Of a stretch of 47,533 nt of DNA, positions 24,005 through 34,773 are shown one piece after another (position 1 is the stretch's first letter; each line of letters starts with the position of its first letter). Source of the DNA: Lophium mytilinum (lineage: Eukaryota); contig MU004185.1 of NCBI GenBank assembly GCA_010093605.1, positions 84,534-132,066 of the forward strand, given 5' to 3'. Under the pieces are notes generated by a model. That model saw only the letters and a program-made list of their open reading frames with translations. It had not been told where the DNA came from and made no database searches. Both the position numbers and the translations under genes were made by a program.

Positions 24005-25296
24005 CGTTGCGAGAGTGGCCGTCCGTCTTCCTTCTGGCGTCGCTATAGTTCTCTCTGCGAGGGAAGAAGGCAATTGACAAGAAAGGGCAACTTCCAGCTT
24101 GTGCAAGTGCTGTAAAGGCCGACAGCTTCAGCGTTCACAGACTCGATGGGTGCTGGCTCGATTTTGGGCGGCGCTCGGCATCGAGAACAAAGAAATGCCA
24201 AAGTCACCTGTTTGCAACGCGTAGCACGGCAGATCGGACAAAGAATATAGATTCCGCGCTGTCGACATTACTAGCTCCGGTTAGCAGCTCACTGTTCTGT
24301 ACTTTACTCGACTACCAGCAAATCCTGGGTGTTGCGCCTTGAGTAGGTAAGGTGCGGACAGTCGCCGATATATGTACGGAAGCAAGGGGGGGATTTTTTC
24401 GAATCAACTCCGCCTAGACAACTCTTGGCCAAAATTTCTTCAAATGTAGTCTAGGGATTATCGGCGTCGCCCTCGCGCTTGAACCATAGGCGGAAGTTGG
24501 GGAGGCCGATCTTCGGAAGCATGCTCATAAGGGCCACACTGAGCAGATCATTCTCGATGAAAACCAACGTACTTGTTCTGGATCCTAGGTTTACTCTCTT
24601 TATGTCTTGGGGCTCATCCAGCAACACAGACCTCGAGCCCAGAAAGGCAATCTACTCCTCCCGCAAGGCGCTTAGACCCACTATATCCTACCAGAACTAT
24701 GTCAAGAGGAAGAATTTTCATTGGGTTTTGCTTTCGACTCTGCATATTAAGACCGTATATAACCAAACAAAAATAACGGTAGTCATGTCCTTAGCCATCT
24801 TCCCATCTTTTTGGAAAGATGTTGGATGCCAAGAAACACATTCCAGCGCACAGGTGAAAGGTGGTGCAGGTAACATGTATTCACCATATTCCTCTCTTCC
24901 TGTCCCGGGGTTATATCGGGGTTCTGCGCTCCACGCTTCTCCATATGTGCCAAGGGTTTCCTTTCTCGGGGGTAATGCACGGATACACTTTCACTGCACT
25001 GAGCTCTGCCTATTAAAGAGATTAGGGGCTTCCGCTCACCGCATTGCACAGGATATAATCGAGTCTTCCTGCAAAGTGGTACTCTGCAGGCGAATTTCAG
25101 AAGGAAGAAATTCTCGAATAGCAAGAACGTGGTTCCGATAGCAAGATATCGCCGTTTTATGTGCAGCCCCCCCCTTCAAGCTCTAATGACGAATGATGTA
25201 AAACAGCTTATCCAAGGTTTACGGACGTTCTGATATTTCAATGGAGAGAGGACGAGGAGGTTCACGTGATGTTAGTGTGAAACATAATTAGCGTTT

Positions 25297-25513
25297 CGAG
25301 CGCCGCCGCTAATGCACGAGCGCCGCCGCTAGATATAGTTGTCGGCGCTCGATGCCCGCTCTTTTACTGTTTCCGTATAACATCGCGAACCAGATTGGTA
25401 AATCTAGAGGAGAGGCAACGGAGTTAGAAGCGGAGAATAGCAAGCCAGACGGTGGAAATAAGGACGGATCAGTAGCGGAGGAACCACTTCGTAAGAGCGA
25501 CGTAGGTATAAAA
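25297..25513 (+). promoter_or_regulatory. SDR promoter with a 15-bp direct repeat, a partial inverted copy and a TATA box
   Basis: CGAGCGCCGCCGCTA at 25297 and 25317; inverted CGGCGCTCG at 25343; TATAAAA at ~25507. Confidence 0.5.
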
Positions 25514-25655
25514 AGCCATCTTCATCTCTAACTCTCCCAATCAATCGAATCATCCATCACTTCCCCATCTCTCAATCCCACTTCAACCCCTTCCTCACCA
25601 CCATCTCCCCAACCACTTACTGCTCCAAGCGCTCAAAAGCCTCCCAACTCCCACA

Positions 25656-26450
25656 ATGTCCCAAACCAAATACACCACCAAACTCTCCGAAAAGAACATC
25701 CTCATCCTCGGCGGCACCTCCGGCGTCGGCTTCTGCGTCGCCGAAGCCACCCTCGAGCACGGCGCCACCGTCTTCATCTCCGGCTCCAACCCCACCCGCC
25801 TCGCCACCGCCCTCGCCCGCCTACGCACCGCCTACCCCTCCCTCAGCGCCAACATCAGCGGCGCCACCTGCGACCTCTCCGACCTCGCCAACGTCGAAAC
25901 GAACCTCACCGCGCTCTTCGACAAGGTCACGGAGCACAAGACGAAGAAGCTCGACCACATCGTCTTCACGGCCGGCGACGCCCTCAAGTTCCCGACGATC
26001 GCGGAGGCGACCCCCGCGGCGGTGCTGGGGCTAGCGAACGTGCGGTTTATCGGCGCGATCATGGTTGCGAAGCTCGTCCCGGCGTATATGAGCCTCGTGC
26101 CCGCGTCGTCGTTTACGCTGACGGGGGGGTCGAATACGCAGAAGCCGTTTCCTGGGTGGGCTGTGATCGCGGGGTGGGGCGGGGCGACGGAGGGGTTGGC
26201 GCGCGGGTTAGCGGTCGACCTTGCGCCGTTGCGGGTTAACATGGTTAATTTGGGGGTGGTGCGGACGGAGCTGTTTGATAGCTTGCCGGCCGAGGTGTTG
26301 GAGAAGGCGCTGGAGGGGTGGAGGCAGCAGACGACGGTCAAGGCGATTGGGCGGCCGGAGGATGTGGCCGAGGCGTATTTGTATTGTATGCGTGATCGGT
26401 TTGTGGCGGGGGCGACGATTGAGACGAATGGGGGGAGGTTGTTGGTTTGA
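25656..26450 (+). CDS. Short-chain dehydrogenase/reductase
   Basis: Motifs ILILGGTSGVG, LDHIVFTAG, GLARGLAVDLAPLRVNMV..G.VRTEL, GRPEDVAEAYLY and TNGG. The canonical YxxxK motif is not evident. Confidence 0.92.
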   Translation: MSQTKYTTKLSEKNILILGGTSGVGFCVAEATLEHGATVFISGSNPTRLATALARLRTAYPSLSANISGATCDLSDLANVETNLTALFDKVTEHKTKKLDHIVFTAGDALKFPTIAEATPAAVLGLANVRFIGAIMVAKLVPAYMSLVPASSFTLTGGSNTQKPFPGWAVIAGWGGATEGLARGLAVDLAPLRVNMVNLGVVRTELFDSLPAEVLEKALEGWRQQTTVKAIGRPEDVAEAYLYCMRDRFVAGATIETNGGRLLV

Positions 26451-26608
26451 GGGCAAGGCAGGGAAAGACAGAGAGAACGAAGTGAATGGTTTTGGCCGAA
26501 AGTGAAGAAAGTAGGATAGTTATTGAATGTAATAGAAGAAGCTGTAGTATACTCGTCCTGAATCTCATTGATCATGTTCTGCCCTCTCTCTTCCCACCCC
26601 CGTCTTTA

Positions 26609-27105
26609 CTAGACCGCCTTTCCATCAACAACAAAGTCCTTTTGCACTCCCACCGTCTGCAAACCCAGCACCTCCGTAGTCTTCCGATCAATGAACTTCG
26701 CCTCATCCGGCACGATGACTTCCGCATAATACGGATCCTGCATCGCTGCCAGGAACATATCCCAGTCTTTTACCTCCATCTGGCCGCAGCCGTCGGCGTC
26801 AACAGCGCCAGGAAGAGAAGCGAGGGATAGGGGTGTGGTGTGGATCTGCGTGCCGAAGGCGAGCAGTAAGTCAAGTGAGTGGGGTGTGGAAAAGTAGAAC
26901 TAAGGGGTGGGGTATAGAGAATGAGGTATTAGGGAAGGAGAGGGATAGTGTAGCGGACCTGCATATAAGAAATGAAGCCATGTTTCAGGATCCACGGTAC
27001 GACGAGTGGCGCGTGTTTCTTTTCCCAGTGCTCGTAGAACTCCTCATGAGTGAGGTCAGAGCGTTTCTTGAGGAAGCCAATTACGCGGAGGGTATCTTGG
27101 GGCAT
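26609..27105 (-). CDS. EthD-family dimeric alpha/beta-barrel protein (127 aa); absent from the ORF track
   Basis: Exon 27105-26959 encodes MPQDTLRVIGFLKKRSDLTHEEFYEHWEKKHAPLV...SYMQ; intron 26958-26846; exon 26845-26609 encodes IH...DG...AMQDPYYAEVIVPDEAKFID...KAV*. Confidence 0.85.
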
Positions 27106-27577
27106 TTTCAGGTCTACCGGAATCGGTTCTTTGTGTTCGAAAATATTGTGATGAGATGACGCTTGAACAAGAGGTGATTATGAAGGTAGTAGTGAGATGA
27201 AAATATCGAACGGAAAGATATAAGGCTTGGAAAAGTAGAGGCCTGGTACTTTATAGCTAATAAAGACACATATGTAGCCCGGAATAGCGTAACTTAAAGT
27301 AGTTGCTGACGCGGATTACTAACCCGCACATCTCAAGCACGTGACATATGACTCGAGGAGCTGGCGCTGCAGATCCAGATGCGGTTGCGGAGATGCAGTG
27401 TTCATAAACTCAAATAAGGCTGTAAGAGGTTTAGTACAGTAAACAGAGTTCACGCTTTCGCTTCATGATCAAAAAGAACCGCTGGGGTTGCCCAGTGTGG
27501 AATATGACAAGTTGTCTTGTATGCCGTCCGCTGTATCGAAATTTTGTGAGTATTTATGCATGGTAATAGACTGCTGA

Positions 27578-28762
27578 TCACCGTGCCATGCTGTTGATCA
27601 TCTCTCGTTGTGTCGCCCTGTCCCTGTTGGTCTCGCTCAATGGTGGGATGCCTACAGAAGGGTTAGCGATATCGATTAAGTGTTGAGGCCAGCCTGTACT
27701 CACTCCGTAGATCGCCGACAACGTCCTTCGCTGGGTAGAGTATTAGTATGGAATTTAGGACTTAATTGACTGTTATTTATCATACCTTTTCCAAAGTAAA
27801 CCTCCTCTAGATCAGAATGTGAGCCGATTTCTCTACAAGCGTTTAGGGGAAAACTTACGCAGCAGGTTCCGCATCTTCAACTCCATATCCTCGACCATCT
27901 GTGACCCCACCATTAGCAACGAAGCGCGTCTCTCTTATGGGACCGCATGCCTTTCCGATATTAGCCACATGGCTCCCATCATCCTCAACTGCCATATCTT
28001 GCTCCACCTGCCTAACCATGTTCCCGCTCAGATCCATTGTACCTAGATTCTCCGCCTCATTACCAAGACTTAGAATGACAGTGCTGGTGAGCTTGTAGTG
28101 GGCCGTCCGAGCGCGATCTTGGGCGTCGAAGACGTGGATGCTATCCCAGCTGCCGTTGCTCTTAGGAGAGGGGGAGACAGCTTGACCACATTAGCCCAAG
28201 TTACTCCCTTGATTTAGGTAGGATACATACCCTTCTTCAGCAAAACACACCCGGCAAACCCATCATCCATGTCCCATAGGTAGACGCTTGAGATCCCGCC
28301 TTCGAAGTATCTAAAGCACCCCTCGTCAGCAAATGACCCCACACCCCCAATTCCCCAAGAATACACTCACAGCTCCCGGTATACGTCAAACGCTTCGTTC
28401 GCCTTAACCTCCATCTTCCGTATACGGTCGCTCGGCGCAATCCCCTCCCCATCATCTAGCGGCGGCTGAAACTCATTGCTCCACGGGCTCCGCCAGCTAT
28501 CCCCGTCCCGATTGTAGTCGCAGCACAGGAAGTCGCGCTTCGTTTTGAGGCATTGCTTGACCGCGAGCGGTATATCGACAGATTCGAGGAGTTCTTCAGT
28601 CAGAGAGGGCGCAAGCTGGCAGAGGTAGTCAACGTTTTGCTTGACGTCTTTAGGGTTAAGGCGGCGGAGCAGGTCGCTAGTTTTTGGAATTAGCAGAGGG
28701 GCATTTGGAGGAGAGTACTAGGGAGCATACAGCGCACTATCGAGAGGGTCTGCGGAGGCCAT
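27578..28762 (-). CDS. cap2: F-actin capping protein beta subunit (multi-exon)
   Basis: Spliced translation [12 protein letters not shown]...[15 protein letters not shown]...[30 protein letters not shown]...WDSIHVF...[10 protein letters not shown]...[12 protein letters not shown]...HVANIGK...[16 protein letters not shown]...MAR*. Confidence 0.96.
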
Positions 28763-29048
28763 GGTGTCGAGGGAGAAGCGGGCGGAGGAGAGATGCCACG
28801 GCGTATGGAGCATCATCGACCTCCCGCCGCTGATGGGACTCGAAGTGGGCTGTGGCTTGGCGCGCTTGGATCAACGCCGCGAATTGTCGGGGGTGGTGCT
28901 GCGTGGTGTTTGCTCACTCAATCAAAACATCACTCAACACAACTAGAATTGGAGCTCAAAGCTCAGACTCAGAGATATCATTCACTATCCATCGCCCCTT
29001 CCCTTTCCGAGCCCTTTAGACTTCCCTTTCCCTCCCATCGAAGCCTAG

Positions 29049-29699
29049 CTATGGCTTCTCCCCAGTCCCCACCACCTCCCCATACAGACGCACTGGATCC
29101 TCGCTACTGTACTTCTTGATGTCCTCGACGAGCTCCTTCATCTCTACTTCAACCTCTGTTGCGGCTTTCCATGCGTCCAATGAGTCCCATAATAACTCCG
29201 CCTTCACCGCGTACGGCCCCTCGGCATATGTCTCGACATGATACCGCTTCATTCCGCGCGGATACCAGTACTTAGTGGCCAGTCGCAGGTGCGTGGAGAG
29301 GTAGTAGTTGAGGTTGAACGTAGCTGTTGCGGTGCGCGGGTAGAGAACTGTTATTATGCCACTTGGCATGGCTGCGGTGGGGTCGCTCTTCTCACCAGTC
29401 CCCACCACCTCCCCAAACCACTGCACCGGAGCTTCATTGCTATAATTCTTGACGTCCCCAAAGATCTCCTTGATCTCCTCTTCAACCTCTTTGGCGGCTT
29501 TGAATGCGTCTAACGAGTCCCACACGCACTCGGCCTTCACTGTGTACGGCCCCTCGGCGTGCGTCTCGACGTGATACCGCTGCATTCCGCGTGGATACCA
29601 ATATTTGGCGGCCAGTGGCATGTGCTTGGAGAGATAGTAGTCGAGGTCGAAGGTGGAAGACGCGGTGCGCGGGTAGAGGATTGTCATTATAGTAGGCAT
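29049..29699 (-). CDS. Tandem double EthD-like domain protein (216 aa)
   Basis: Two ~110-aa units of T(I/V)LYPRTA..TF.L.YYLS.H..LA.KYWYPRGM.RYHVET.AEGPY.VKAE..WDSLDA...Y...PV...GEVVGTGEK. The likely ATG is at 29699. Confidence 0.85.
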   Translation of the reverse strand: MPTIMTILYPRTASSTFDLDYYLSKHMPLAAKYWYPRGMQRYHVETHAEGPYTVKAECVWDSLDAFKAAKEVEEEIKEIFGDVKNYSNEAPVQWFGEVVGTGEKSDPTAAMPSGIITVLYPRTATATFNLNYYLSTHLRLATKYWYPRGMKRYHVETYAEGPYAVKAELLWDSLDAWKAATEVEVEMKELVEDIKKYSSEDPVRLYGEVVGTGEKP

Positions 29700-31121
29700 G
29701 GTTGCGGTGGGGTCGTCGTAGTGGTTTGAACCGCGGGGTGTTAGGATGAATATACGGAGGTGAGGGGGGTAGAAGGAGTCTACTTGAAGGAGTGTTATCA
29801 AGATGTATGGATGAGGCGGAATTTTGAACAAGCTTCCTTTATACGTGGGTAGAGGTATGTATGTTTTCGATCCTTATGTAGCTACAATAGCACTACAGTC
29901 ATTTGATTCCCCTCAGACCATAATTCCCGAGGCACGATCCGCTCCACGGACTAAATCGCATACAACGGATTTAGGCTATCGAGAGGGTCTCAATGGCCGA
30001 ATAAGGAGGGGAGGCGAATTAGTCCGTGCGGCGGCTATGTCCCTCTTTCCACACTTTAGCTCCTTATGATATCGTATATCCGTTGTCTCCGTTTCATTAC
30101 TCGCGGATCAGAGTCGTCAGCAAAAAGTAGTGGAGTTTCAAATGCACGGGTGACTAATGCAACGTCCTTCGCTTTCAACAAGCTCGATCTGATAATTCCC
30201 AAACGTTACGGTGTTGCTTACTACACCAAATCGGTGAACAAACTCGGCATGACAGTCGGGGTTATCGTTTACACTCGCGACTGGCAATTTCCAAAGGTTC
30301 CATCTGACGTCTTATAATGTCCTAAGCTGCGTCTTGCCTTGATGCAATGGTAGCGAACCTAAAGAGGACTGGCGCTCCCAGAAAGCACCTTATGGGGCTC
30401 GAAAATTCCATAGGCTTGTGTAAGTCCTAAGTCTGGGTACTGTGCTTTGGTACTGTTTCAATTATACTTTCATCCATTCGAAAACCCGCGAGGATGGATA
30501 GATCGAAGCACTTTCGGAGTGATACATGGTGCCATCGGGAGGTGTATTTCGGGATCGAGCTTCCCGACTTGGCCCCTTCTTCTCTCGCTAAGTCTAAGCC
30601 GAGCTCCTCTACAGACATCCTCTCCTCCAATCATCAATGTCTTCTGTACCTTGCTCCTCATCGCAGGCGTATCACAGCAGCAATTATCTCGCTCACCAGT
30701 GCCAATTCATCGCACACCAAACCGCCAGCCTTGTTTCATCAGCGAGCACCGGCCAGTCGCCCATCCAATGATCGCCAACAAGAGGGGATGGTGCGAACTC
30801 GTGTGCCGTTGAGACGTGGTTGTATTACACTATGTGGCACTCAAGACCTGGTGCTCACAAGCTACTGATTTATTGAAGTGCTACGGTGTTACATTGTGTC
30901 TGCGTTGTGCCGTGTGCCGACCTACTTGAGAAGATGGTGAGGGTGGGACAGAGTGGGGAGGTGCACGAGGCGAGGAAGTAGAAGACCGGCCATCATTCGT
31001 TTTTATTCCGCCTTCGTCGGTCCTCTTCATCTCATCTCTGGATTTGGTCCTATACTTCAAATTCTTTGCCGCTAGTCCTCGTCCTACCCGTGATTTTCTT
31101 TCGGTCCAGACTACGATCTCA

Positions 31122-33361
31122 ATGGACTACTTCCGGACACAATGCCGCTGTCACGGCTGCGACGCACTTCTAGATGTATCAGAAGCCGCTCGCATGCTTG
31201 CGGTCGAGTCGAAAAAACTCATGAATCAAAAAATGGGCACTTATTTCAACAAGGATGACCGCGTCTTGCTCGACAAAATAAGTAATCTTTGCGAGGTCAT
31301 CTCAGGCCGTACAAAACAACACCATAGCGGGCTGACATGGTATGGGACGCCTCCACATCTTGAAGACTCCATATATCAGCTAGCAACGCAGTTTGCGCAT
31401 AGATGCATCAAGTTGCATCTGAACCTACAGACGACTTTGATCACACTCATCCCCGAAATTCTTGTCGCAGTTATGAGGGAAACTGATCGCACGACCCTCT
31501 TTCGTAACTTGCAATCATGGCATCAAGATCACGAAAATATATTCCACCTATACCGTCAGTGGATGGTGTATCAACCTAAGTATGTACGATGTCGTTGAGA
31601 TGAGATGAAAAATAAAGTCCCAGGAGTCGTTGTACAATTACTAAATCGGTACCTGCCTTAGAGCCGCTTGGGAGCATATTGAACCACGATCACATGCGAA
31701 GAGCTCCATTTACAGGATTAAAGAAAGCAGAAGTGCTCTTCATGATGACTTTGAGTTACTGCATAAGGTGTATCTGAATCCACAGATAGGTATCCAATTC
31801 AAACCTCGTATTTGCCACTGCTTCTCAATGTGTTGGGTACCTGTATGAACCCTATCCTATTCTTAGATGTCGATAATGCTGAATTTACTAGGGTGAAACG
31901 GTTTCATGTCACATGGTGACCATTCCGGTGTTTGACGACAATATCGAGGAACATCTCGAGTCGTTGGTAAGCTCGTGACGAAAATCTACTCCCGGGCAAT
32001 GAATTGTTAACTGCTCGCGAAGTCGAATATCAACATGAATGCGTGTGGGAAGTTGCCCTCTTTGGACTTGATGTTCGTGCTTGAATTCTATAATTAAAAG
32101 TCGAGCTAAAAACCTACGTAGTGTTGGCTGTTCAAGTTCGCCTAATCACCATTTCTCCGTGCCCTTTTCTAAACCAAAATTTCTCTCAATCCTGAGGTTC
32201 TTCGAAATCCCATCTGCGTATCTGCAAATGATATTCACGGAGACCTCACAGACATTGAGCTACAAGCACGAAGGCTCTCTAGAGAAGCATAGTAAGCAAT
32301 GCTAAGGACCCCAAGTATATCTTCGGGTTATAACGAAGGATCCCAGGCTTCATATTTCGGTCGCCAAAAACCATTCTTCCACGCAATGATTGGGGTTTGT
32401 GTTTGACCCACGATGAGAAACGCAACCATACTACCGGTGTATTGCTAGGAATGAGACCTAGAGAAAGGGACCACTTTCTCGCAAGTTTGGAGTCTATGAA
32501 AATGGAGAACTTTCATCCCATGCATATTCCAGTATGGCTTTGCGAAGCTCAGACCGACAGAGACTCGGCCGAGGTCAAGCGCCATGCGGCTGGGCTTCAC
32601 GATCTCACTGTGATGTCTATCATGAAAGATTCTAGTCCTCGAATGGTTATTCCTGGAGAGGAATTAGACTACGCCTTGATGACCTCGAAACTGAACGCCG
32701 CTACCTCGCGACTTTCGCACCTTCAATTGAGATTTGAGAGTACCATCGACTCTTTGAAATATATTGCAACTTGCGAAGGTGACTTCGGTGAGAATGAAAA
32801 GATTAGGGAAGCTCTTCAAGAAAAACTACACCAATTGGAGGCAGAAAATCGGGCTTTGCTGGCCGAAGTGCTATGCAACCAGCGGATTTCACAGTCTTTG
32901 ATGCAGTTCGTAAGTTGTTCCGAATCTATTTGACAACGTTCTGAATATGTATCTAAGCCTGACATTCGAGGTATTCAACATGATCACCGAAAGAGATAGC
33001 GGAGCAAACCTGAGTATGGCAAAAGCCTCGAGAGACCTCGCCGAAGCGACAAAAGCTGACAGCTCTGCCATGCGTACTCTTGCGTTCATGAGCATAGTAT
33101 TCCTCCCAGCAACCTTTGTATCGGTAAGGTAGCACAATATCTCTTGCGGATTAGCTTCACCGACACCCTCTGATACTAATAATGCAGTCTTTCTTTTCGA
33201 TGAGCATGTTCGATTGGCGAGCTCCACAATTGACCTCTATTGTTTCCAAGAGAATGTGGATATACTGGGTCGTATCCATCCCGCTTACGCTTATCATTAT
33301 TGTGATCTGGCAACTGTGGCTGGTGACTTTCCCCACATTGAATGTCAGCGGACACTACTGA
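31122..33361 (+). CDS. Multi-exon fungal protein with a C-terminal CorA/ZntB-like two-TM domain
   Basis: About 8 phase-compatible exons: 31122-31579, 31662-31767, 31892-31966, 32023-32072, 32122-32291, 32347-32909, 32971-33123, 33188-33361. C-terminus ATKADSSAMRTLAFMSIVFLPATFVS|SFFSMSMFDW...MWIYWVVSIPLT. The 5' exons are less certain. Confidence 0.72.
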
Positions 33362-34773
33362 TGTTCTGCAGCGTATCGATATTGATCAATACCAAAAGTC
33401 GACACAATCGAATAACGTTCTTGCTAAACCAAAATCGCAAGACCTTTCCACCAAGTTGAGTCCTAAAAAGGTGGCGGAGAAGGTGCAGGAATGGTCCCGT
33501 CTGCGAATGCGAAGACGAAAGCCCTCACAGGATGAAGAGGCTGGCACGACTAAACCAGCGACTTGATCTCTCTCTCTCTACTATTGATACGCATGGTACT
33601 GCTCAGGGCAATGGATGATTAAGGGGCCGTCCCGATAAGATACCACCATGTGGCAAATTATACGTACGGCCTGTGATGCGTTTTGTGGTTTCTAACTCAA
33701 GTATGTACCAAGCGAAAGGCTTCAAGTTTTTTCACCTTTCTAATCGCCTTGACGTTTTGGCGTTTCACCAACCCGCTTGCAGGTTCGAAACGACCACAAA
33801 ACTAAAAGATTCGCTCATATGCCATCTTCTACTCATCACGACGTATCTGCAAACTCACCAAACTGGGGTACGCATTCCTCAGCAGTCAAAGCCATGGAGT
33901 GCAAATGCCGTTGACGTTGAGCGACGCACAAATCATGACCTGCATGCACTAACGCCTCCTGCGTCGTACCCCAATCGGAGAATTAAGGCCTAGACAACGC
34001 CCAGCCTTCACACCAAGACTAGGCGTTGGCAATAAAACGGCACGTCCGTTAGGTGAGCTCGGCGACCTCCTATGCATGAATGGATTAGGTTGCATCATCA
34101 AAATCTGGGGTGCTTTTACCCTCAGGGTCTGCCATGGCAAAGTCAGGGAGGGTGGTGCAGCGGTGGCGAGGTCACTAGGCACAAGAATCTGACAGGTCGA
34201 GGTGAAGGGGTCGACGGTAGGGCAGGGGGATGGGCAACGCAACACAGCCAGGCGGTTTAAGGGGATCGGATCGGGAGGTTGTTCAGAGCGACTGGGCGCT
34301 AGCCATCCCCACACGAACTGCTAGATAGAATAAACCCCCGAGCAGCGGCAGACGGCGTCCCTGCATGACGACGATGGCGCCGCGAGCTGTGGTTGGCTGC
34401 TGCATTCACCGCGTGGTGGTGAGGGCGGTGAATAGGCATCTGGTGCCTGCGTCGGATCGGCTCTTTCGGCGGGCACGGGCAAGGAAACTCGTCGTGCAAC
34501 TGCCCGGGTGAGCTGGCGCAGTGGGAACCGAGGCCCGTGTCGCGGCCAATACGAGGCCGTCCAAGAGCGCGGCGTGGCTGCGGAAATTGCTCGCTGACTT
34601 GGCCGACAACACCCGCGAGATGAGAGATGATGGAGAAGAGGGGGTTGTTTCTCGATTTGCCGTGTTGGAGGCAGGACTGGAGGAGCTGGAGGCCTCAATT
34701 GCCGCCGCTGCTCTCGTCGTCGGCCTTGTGACCCGGATCGTTCATGAGGAGGGCACGCGAATGGCGCTGTGTA

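Noticed and set aside
24479..25141. 220-aa ORF on the + strand
   Set aside because: It has a non-ATG start, no recognisable motif and intergenic-like composition.
25832..26575. 247-aa antisense ORF over the SDR, and similar shadow ORFs over other GC-rich genes
   Set aside because: These are explained by the codon bias of the sense-strand gene.
33949..34770. Several overlapping GC-rich ORFs next to the Tc1 element
   Set aside because: There is no coherent protein signal. The region is more likely upstream regulatory DNA of the GH17 gene.
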